Positions 55,232 through 64,000 of a stretch of 64,000 nucleotides of DNA are shown here, in pieces; position 1 is the first letter of the stretch, and each line of letters begins with the position of its first letter. The stretch comes from Candidatus Atelocyanobacterium thalassae (GTDB lineage: Bacteria > Cyanobacteriota > Cyanobacteriia > Cyanobacteriales > Microcystaceae): contig JBFPLN010000003.1 in the NCBI GenBank assembly GCA_051971635.1, positions 352,001 through 416,000 of the forward strand. The letters run 5' to 3'. The notes beneath the pieces were generated by a model, which worked only from the letters and a program-made list of their open reading frames with translations, ran no database searches and was not told the DNA's origin. The position numbers were made by a program, and so were the translations under genes.

Positions 55232-55764
55232 AATTCTTTCTTAGGACTCATTAACATCATCATATTTCGTCCTTCGCGTTTTGGAGCTTGCTGGATTTCA
55301 GCTAATTCTTTTAGATCAGTAGCCATACGACTAAGTAATTCTTGTGCTAAATTAGCATGTTGAATTTCACGTCCCCGAAAAGTAATAGTTGCTTTTACTT
55401 TATCTCCTGATTTTAAAAATCGCTTGGCCTGATTAACACGGACTTGATAGTCATGTTCATCAATCTTATAGCGCATTTTTACTTCTTTAACATCAGCAGT
55501 ATGTTGCTTTTTTTTCGCTTCTCTAGCTTTTTTTTCCTGTTCAAATTTATATTTACCATAATCCATGATTCTACAAACAGGAGGTTTGGCGGTTTCACTT
55601 ACTAGTACCAGGTCTAGTTCTTGTTCTTGAGCAGTATTTAAGGCTTCTTCTGGGCAAATGATACCGAGTTGTGAACCATCACTGTCAATTACTCGTATTT
55701 CAGGGAAGCGAATTCTTTCGTTAATCTTTGGGAGATCGCGTTGTGTGCGTCTTTTATCTATCAC
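55225..55764 (-). CDS. infC: Translation initiation factor IF-3
   Basis: [40 protein letters not shown] and FRGRE. Start is GTG at 55764 or ACG at 55770. Confidence 0.97.
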   Translation of the reverse strand: MIDKRRTQRDLPKINERIRFPEIRVIDSDGSQLGIICPEEALNTAQEQELDLVLVSETAKPPVCRIMDYGKYKFEQEKKAREAKKKQHTADVKEVKMRYKIDEHDYQVRVNQAKRFLKSGDKVKATITFRGREIQHANLAQELLSRMATDLKELAEIQQAPKREGRNMMMLMSPKKELN

Positions 55765-56540
55765 AGGCGTTTTTTAATGTTTCTCTATATGATATAAATG
55801 AACTATAATCAATTTAAGTCTAGGCTTTGTGAATAAACCTTTTTACCATTGTAATAATTTTCTGCCAAGTTATGTCTACTTTGGCTGTGTATCCAGTGTA
55901 AATTTTAGATTACTTATTTCTATAGTAATTTTACTTTAAAGCTAAGCATTGAGTAGTGACTTTTGCAAAAACCTAAAGTATAAATACTTGACATAAGACA
56001 GCTATACATTGGTCAACAATTTTAGGAAAAATAAAGTCATAATACTTCAAATAGTGATTTGAATTTAATGAACAAAAGTTAAACCTCCAATAGTATCATT
56101 ATGTAATTTTGTCTTGAAATTAATCTCTTAAATACAATACCTCATTTCTGGCTAGAATAATTAATTTTATGTTTGATATTTTCTAAATTCGATGAAGTGA
56201 AGGAAATTAATACTATTTATAAAAATAAACTCTAATTTAAAATTACTCAGCTGATAATTATTTTTAACATGGTTTCTTTGTAGTCACTGCCTCTGTATTT
56301 AACTTATCCCAAGTGAATTTTTATAAACAAAATAATTGTTGTAATTCCTAAAATATTCTGGCTGAACAATAAAGTAAAAATATTATTATGTGCTATTTGT
56401 AGAATCTAATCATTAGATATACATATATTTTATTTGTTTAGAGAAGATTATTTAATTTTAGAAATTTATTGAAAAATAAAATTTCAGTGACAATAAACCG
56501 TTACTCTAGATTGAAGAGAAATCATAGGAGTAATATTTAG

Positions 56541-57833
56541 GTGACTTTCAAAATTGGCTTACTGGGTTTAGGTGTAGTAGGAACAGGAACTGCGAAAATT
56601 ATGCTTGATCCTTCAGGGCGGAACCCTCTTTTAAATGAGATTTCTATAGCAAAAGTAGGATTACGATCATTGGATAAGCTTCGTCAGATAGATTTACCTA
56701 CAAACATAATTGAAACTAACTTAGAAAGCATAGTTAATGATCCTAGTATTGATATTATAGTTGAATTACTAGGTGGGCTAGAGCCAGCTAAATCACTTAT
56801 CCTAAAAGCTATTGAGAATAAAAAACATATTGTCACTGCGAATAAAGCCGTTATGGCACTTTATGGAGACGAAATTTATAAAAAAGCTCACATAGCAGGT
56901 GTAAATGTTTTATCAGAAGCTGCCGTAGGGGGAGGTATTCCGATTATAAAAACCCTTAAACAGTCTTTAGGTGCCAATCGAATTGAAAGTATTATTGGCA
57001 TAATTAATGGTACTACAAACTATATTTTGACAAAGATGGCTTCTACAGATGCTGATTTCGAAAAAGTTCTGATAGAAGCACAAACATTAGGATATGCGGA
57101 AGCTGATCCTAGTGCTGATATTGATGGATTAGATGCCGCTGACAAAATCGCTATCTTAGCTTCTTTAGGGTTTGGAACACAAATAAATAGAAATGATATT
57201 TATTGTGAAGGTATTCGTGAAATTAATTCTATAGATATAAAGTATGCTAAACAATTAGGATTCGTAATTAAATTATTAGCAATTGCAAAAAAAGATGAAA
57301 CTTCTAAAAAATTACAATTAAGAGTACATCCTACTTTAATTTCTAAGGAACATCCTTTGGCTTATGTAAACGGGGTATATAATGCAGTCTTAATAGAGGG
57401 AAATCCTCTGGGAGAAGTCATGTTTTTTGGAGAAGGTGCTGGTGCTGGTCCCACAGCTAGTGCAGTAGTATCCGATATCATAAACATTGTAGATGCTCTT
57501 AAAAAGAATATAATTATCGATTCTATTACTTATTCACGACATTACATTAACAATAATCCATATGAAATAAATTCTATAGAATCAACCAAAAATCGTTTTT
57601 ATGTTCGTTTTCTTACCAAGGATATACCTGGTGTTATAGGACATTTGGGAACAATATTTGGTGAATATAGTGTTGGCTTGAAATCAGTTGTACAAATTGG
57701 ATTTCAGGAAAATTTAGCTGAAATTGTTGTCATTACTCATCATGTTGATGAAGGTTCTTTTCGGATTGCTCTTGATAAAATTTGTACTTTGGAAGCTATT
57801 GATTGTATTCCTAGTATATTAAGAGTTTTGTGA
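56541..57833 (+). CDS. hom: Homoserine dehydrogenase with a C-terminal ACT domain
   Basis: GLLGLGVVG, VTANKA, EAAVGGGIP, INGTTNYIL, GYAEADP, GAGAGPTASAV and DIPGVI; GTG start after AGGAG. Confidence 0.95.
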   Translation: MTFKIGLLGLGVVGTGTAKIMLDPSGRNPLLNEISIAKVGLRSLDKLRQIDLPTNIIETNLESIVNDPSIDIIVELLGGLEPAKSLILKAIENKKHIVTANKAVMALYGDEIYKKAHIAGVNVLSEAAVGGGIPIIKTLKQSLGANRIESIIGIINGTTNYILTKMASTDADFEKVLIEAQTLGYAEADPSADIDGLDAADKIAILASLGFGTQINRNDIYCEGIREINSIDIKYAKQLGFVIKLLAIAKKDETSKKLQLRVHPTLISKEHPLAYVNGVYNAVLIEGNPLGEVMFFGEGAGAGPTASAVVSDIINIVDALKKNIIIDSITYSRHYINNNPYEINSIESTKNRFYVRFLTKDIPGVIGHLGTIFGEYSVGLKSVVQIGFQENLAEIVVITHHVDEGSFRIALDKICTLEAIDCIPSILRVL

Positions 57834-58472
57834 AAGAATTGATAGCTTTTTTTTATCAAGAATTTACAATTTTTTATCTTCCCCAAATATAAAATTATAT
57901 GTAGCCAAGAAAGCAAGACTAGACTTTTTCGCTTTAAACTATTGCAATGTAATTATTTAAGGTTAACTTTCATAGCAGAATTGTATCAACTAAATTATGC
58001 TTTATGTATAACATTTATCGAATAACTTACCTGAAGTGCTATTCATTTACAAACATTATAAAAAACTTTTTTATCACAACAAAATTTTTCTAAAAAATAA
58101 ATTTATCCAATAAACAAAGTTTTTTCTTTGTTATGCATTAATAATAATTATATATTCTTAAATAAAATTAGAATGAAATAACTATATATTAATAAAATTA
58201 CTATAAAGACATACATAGACTAATTTCATTTAATTAATAAGATATGCCTAAAGTTATTTCAATGATGAAATAACTAATTTTGTATGCATTTCGTAAACAA
58301 TAGAAAACCGTAAAGAGTATATATTTAGTCTATAAATCTAAAATATTAATAATTTTATTAAAAATTAAGAGATTCTTAAATTATAGATTTATAATAGACA
58401 ACTTAATAACATTTTTTATTAGTTATTTCGTATTATCATTACTTAAAGAAGCTCAATTTTTTTAGCTAGTTC

Positions 58473-61109
58473 ATGCAGTCTTATTTAAAATCTCAACATT
58501 TTTATAGATGGATAAAATCACAAAAATTTAATATTAATAATAACAATAATTATGCTCTGATAGAGGCATGTATTATAGGTATACTTTCAGCTATTGCTGC
58601 TTTACTTCTAAAGCAAGGTGTAGGTTATTTAGGTAGTTGGCGTATTATTTTAGCCAATAATTTTGGAGCTGTATGGATACTACCTATCGGAGGTTTAGTC
58701 TTAGGTTATTTATCTGGCTGGTTAATTGAGAAGGCTTCTCCCACTGCAGCTGGTGGAGGAATTACTCAAGTGAAAGCAGCCTTGTATAGGCATCCTATCC
58801 CATTATCCCTAAAAGTAGCAGTTGTTAAACTGATTGGTACGATTTTAGTTTTAGGAGCAGGTTCAACTCTTGGACGTCGTGCTCCTACTGTTCATATTGG
58901 AGCTGCTTTAGCAGCTCAACTTAATAGTTGGTTTCCCACTTCTCCTGCCCGTAGACAACAAATGATTGCAGCAGGAGCAGCAGCAGGATTGGCTGCAGGC
59001 TTTACTACACCTATAGCAGGAGTTCTTTTTGTTGTAGAAGAGTTAATGCAAGATGTTTCTGGATTAACTCTAGAAACATCTATTGTTGCTTCGTTTACAG
59101 GTGCTGTAGTTTCTTTACTTCTCCAATCATCAACACTTAATTTTCCTTCACCTTTATTAAAACTTCCTAATATTAATTTTTCAGTATCTGAGATTCCATT
59201 TTACTTACTTCTAGGAATTTTAGCAGGAATTGCAGGAGCTTTATTTAATAGTGGACTACTATTTAGTTTAAAGCTACAACATAATTTCCATTTGTCTTTA
59301 TCTTGGCGTATTGGCCTGGCTGGAATGATTTCGGGTATTATAGTAGCAATCTTACCTCCTTTCTTTCAAGATAATGCTGGTCTAAGAATTGTATTGGTAA
59401 CAGGAGGATTAAGTGGAGAAAAAATTTTATTAGTATTTATAGCTCACTTTTTTCTAACGATGCTTGCTTATAGTGCCAATACTCCTGGTGGTCTATTTAG
59501 TCCAGCTCTAGTTTTAGGATCAGCATTGGGTTATTTAGTAGGAGATTTTGAAGCATTTTTAACAGGTACTGGATCAGAATCTACATATGCTTTAGTAGGT
59601 ATGGGAGCATTTTTTACCGCTGTAGTTAGAGTTCCGATTACTGCTATTGTTTTCGTATTTGAGCTCAATACAGATTTTAATATCGTACTTCCACTTATGG
59701 TTACTTGTGCTACGTCATACATAATTGCTGAAAATGTTTCCAGAGGATCCTTATATGACCACATGTTGAAAGCTTTAGGAATTAATATTACCGAAAAATT
59801 AACTTCAAAAAAATCTGGTCACGAACTAATAGCGTCTGAAATAATGCAATCTGATGTTGAAGTATTATCCAGCCACTTGACATTAGATGATGTACTTAAA
59901 AGAATGATGTTATCACATCATAGAGGTTTCCCTGTAACAAATAACGGAAGACTGGTAGGAATTATTACTCAAATAGATTTAAAAAAGCTATCTCATGTTT
60001 CATTAAGCACTCCTTTATCAGATTTTATGAATCCAGATCCTCTGACTATAAAGTCAGATACATCTCTAAGTGATATTCTATATGTTCTTGATCATTACCA
60101 ATTTTCTAGAGTTCCAGTTGTTGAAGAAGATAAACTAGTAGGAATAATAACTAGGACAGATATTATTAATGTTGAAGCCAATAAAGCCGAAAAGAATACT
60201 CTTAGTTATGACAAGAGTTATGATTCTTCATTTTTTACAATCTATCAAACTAGATCTTCTGCAATAAGAAATAGTAAGATACTACTACCTCTTTTCAACT
60301 TAGACATAAATTTTTCCTTACTTAAGTTTGTTATATCATTAGCTCAAAAACAAAAAAAAGAAATTGAATGTTTACAAATAATAGAAATACCAAAATATAA
60401 TAATTCTAATTTAGCCGATATATCAACTGGGTCTAATCGTGAGTTACTTCAAAAAATTGAGATATTAGGTCGTCAATATGGAGTCCCGGTTCATACTCAA
60501 ATTGTTATAGCTAGTGATGTTAAGCAAGCTATTCTAGATATTATTCAAAAAAATCATATTAGCTCAGTAGTTTTAGAATTGTATAAAAAAAATATAAATT
60601 ATCAAGCGTTTAATTATGAAATAATTGATATATTAATCAAGCAAACTTCATGTGATTTGACTTTAATTAAGTTAGGACAAAATAGAAAAAATTCTTTTTC
60701 TGAGTTGAGTAAATGCAATGGTTGGCTTATTCCCATTTCCTATGAATCTAATGTGAAACAAATTTTAAAATTATTATCTGATTTGATGAAATTATATTGT
60801 AATCAAATTCCTTTCCAAATCACTCTATGTTATGCATTCTCGCTAAATAATAGAAAAATAGCTCATAAATTATTAGAGAAAAAAGCAAAATTATTAGGGA
60901 AAAAGTTAGGTTGTGAAATAGTTACTCTTTTCACACGTTCTCAATCAACACTCAAAACAGTATTTGAGTTAAGTCTAATAAAAACATATGAGGTAATAGT
61001 ATTAGGAATAAATCAAAAAGAGTTATCTAAATATTCAGTTCAACAGAAGATTCTGAAACTTATTAACCAACAAATTAACAGTACTATTATTGTAGTTAAA
61101 GAATCATAA
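58473..61109 (+). CDS. ClC-family anion channel/transporter with a CBS pair and USP-like C-terminal domains
   Basis: GAAAGLAAGFTTP, EEL, PGGLFSP, VGMGAFF and VRVPITA; CBS motifs (GFPV..GRLVGIIT, RVPVV..KLVGIITR). Confidence 0.9.
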   Translation: MQSYLKSQHFYRWIKSQKFNINNNNNYALIEACIIGILSAIAALLLKQGVGYLGSWRIILANNFGAVWILPIGGLVLGYLSGWLIEKASPTAAGGGITQVKAALYRHPIPLSLKVAVVKLIGTILVLGAGSTLGRRAPTVHIGAALAAQLNSWFPTSPARRQQMIAAGAAAGLAAGFTTPIAGVLFVVEELMQDVSGLTLETSIVASFTGAVVSLLLQSSTLNFPSPLLKLPNINFSVSEIPFYLLLGILAGIAGALFNSGLLFSLKLQHNFHLSLSWRIGLAGMISGIIVAILPPFFQDNAGLRIVLVTGGLSGEKILLVFIAHFFLTMLAYSANTPGGLFSPALVLGSALGYLVGDFEAFLTGTGSESTYALVGMGAFFTAVVRVPITAIVFVFELNTDFNIVLPLMVTCATSYIIAENVSRGSLYDHMLKALGINITEKLTSKKSGHELIASEIMQSDVEVLSSHLTLDDVLKRMMLSHHRGFPVTNNGRLVGIITQIDLKKLSHVSLSTPLSDFMNPDPLTIKSDTSLSDILYVLDHYQFSRVPVVEEDKLVGIITRTDIINVEANKAEKNTLSYDKSYDSSFFTIYQTRSSAIRNSKILLPLFNLDINFSLLKFVISLAQKQKKEIECLQIIEIPKYNNSNLADISTGSNRELLQKIEILGRQYGVPVHTQIVIASDVKQAILDIIQKNHISSVVLELYKKNINYQAFNYEIIDILIKQTSCDLTLIKLGQNRKNSFSELSKCNGWLIPISYESNVKQILKLLSDLMKLYCNQIPFQITLCYAFSLNNRKIAHKLLEKKAKLLGKKLGCEIVTLFTRSQSTLKTVFELSLIKTYEVIVLGINQKELSKYSVQQKILKLINQQINSTIIVVKES

Positions 61110-61125
61110 AACTTGAAAGATTATA

Positions 61126-61614
61126 TTAAATGTTGTTTGTTAATCCCGATAATCCTGCATATGCTATCGCAATTGCGTCTACACTATCATCAATTGGTAT
61201 TGTTTGTAGATGAAATAACTGACTAATACTTTGTGTTACATCATCTTTTGTAGCTTTTCCACTTCCTACATAACGTTTCCAACTGGCTTGATGGAGAAAA
61301 ACTGGTTCAATTTGTGTCTCTCTATAGCAAACCAAATTAATTACTCCTACCGCTTGTATTACTCCACCAGCAGCTTTAATAGTACGATTAAAAAAAGGCA
61401 TTTCTATCGAAATACCATGAAAATTAAATTCACTTAGCAACTTTAGTAAATCATGTTCAATTTCTAAAAGTCTTTGAGATGTTGATAAATTTTTACTCGT
61501 TTGAATGACTCCGTAATCAACAATGATTGGGATTAGTTTCGCATGAGATTTTAAAATTGCCCATCCAGTTATAGCAAGTCCTGGATCAATTCCTAACCAA
61601 ATTTTGTCAGACAT
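61126..61614 (-). CDS. ruvC: Holliday junction resolvase RuvC family
   Basis: LGIDPG, GWA, IE.PFF, G.GKATK and DDSVDAIAIA. Confidence 0.9.
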   Translation of the reverse strand: MSDKIWLGIDPGLAITGWAILKSHAKLIPIIVDYGVIQTSKNLSTSQRLLEIEHDLLKLLSEFNFHGISIEMPFFNRTIKAAGGVIQAVGVINLVCYRETQIEPVFLHQASWKRYVGSGKATKDDVTQSISQLFHLQTIPIDDSVDAIAIAYAGLSGLTNNI

Positions 61615-61965
61615 TATAATTAGAATAAATATTAAAGCTTATATAGACAATTTATTATTCTTAGTTAATACCTAAGCTTAGAGTATGTTGAGTAAATTCT
61701 GGTAATTTATTTGCATTCAAGCACAGCATTAATAAGTTGAGTCCATTTTTAAAAGCAACTTATTAGTTTAATAATATATATTATTTGATTTTACTAAAAT
61801 ATTACATTTTGCTGAATATAGTTTAGCAATGAGGTTTACTTATCTAATTTAAAACTTTTGTTTACAAATAAAAAATTGTCATCCTATTATTAGTAATTAA
61901 TGATAGAGATGATACGACAGCATATGTAATAAATTTGTAGATACTATTAATTTAAATTGAAAATT

Positions 61966-61981
61966 GTTCGGATATCCCCAC
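61966..61981 (+). promoter_or_regulatory. K-box (cyanobacterial heat/light chaperone activation element)
   Basis: GTTCGG-ATAT-CCCCAC matches GTTCGG-NNAN-CCNNAC, upstream of groEL2. Confidence 0.8.
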
Positions 61982-62051
61982 CTTCAGGACCCAGACTACC
62001 ACACTATTTTTATTATGTAAAAAAAACTTTTCTAATCTTCCGCTTTAAGCG

Positions 62052-62078
62052 TTAGCACTCACACCATAAGAGTGCTAA
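62052..62078 (+). promoter_or_regulatory. CIRCE element (HrcA operator)
   Basis: Perfect TTAGCACTC-N9-GAGTGCTAA upstream of groEL. Confidence 0.97.
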
Positions 62079-62159
62079 ATTAACACTAATGGAAAAGAGC
62101 TAAAATTATAAATTACTATTATAAAAGTTATTTATAGCAGTAATCTAATTAGTTTTTAA

Positions 62160-63905
<1,746 letters not shown>

Positions 63906-63941
63906 AGTTATATCATCTCTAAACTGTTTTTTATCTAGAAT

Positions 63942-64000
63942 TATTTAAATTTTCAAGGGCCTTATTTTAGTATAAAATAAGGCCCTTAAAAGTTTAAATA
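63942..64000 (+). terminator. Long hairpin after groEL2 (28-bp arms, 2 mismatches); may extend past the window end
   Basis: TATTTAAATTTTCAAGGGCCTTATTTTA-GTA-TAAAATAAGGCCCTTAAAAGTTTAAATA. Confidence 0.8.

Overview
This is a 64 kb, very AT-rich stretch of a genome-reduced unicellular cyanobacterium. It has a split DnaE intein, ndhM, chlH, Fd-GOGAT, and groEL2 with a K-box and CIRCE. Intact chlH alongside decaying genes, deleted domains and apparent HIP1 depletion fits an endosymbiont or early organelle of the UCYN-A (Ca. Atelocyanobacterium, nitroplast) type; this assignment is inference. About 40 housekeeping, envelope and metabolic CDSs and one tRNA-Trp are present. I saw no phage, CRISPR array, transposase or defence system. 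Main observations: (1) mgdA, the first enzyme of cyanobacterial thylakoid galactolipid synthesis, is a full-length pseudogene, while chlH and two hopanoid glycosyltransferases stay intact. (2) There are several unusually long, near-perfect inverted repeats, including a loopless 60-bp palindrome over the infC stop and a 29-bp perfect IR; several start at a stop codon. (3) Cmk has lost its PanC domain, and an unannotated fetB pseudogene is present. (4) Candidate Yfr1 sRNA target sites precede bamA and a sugar transferase. (5) infC may start at ACG, and the PPase and ClC active-site motifs are altered. Family assignments come from motif recognition by eye, not database searches.
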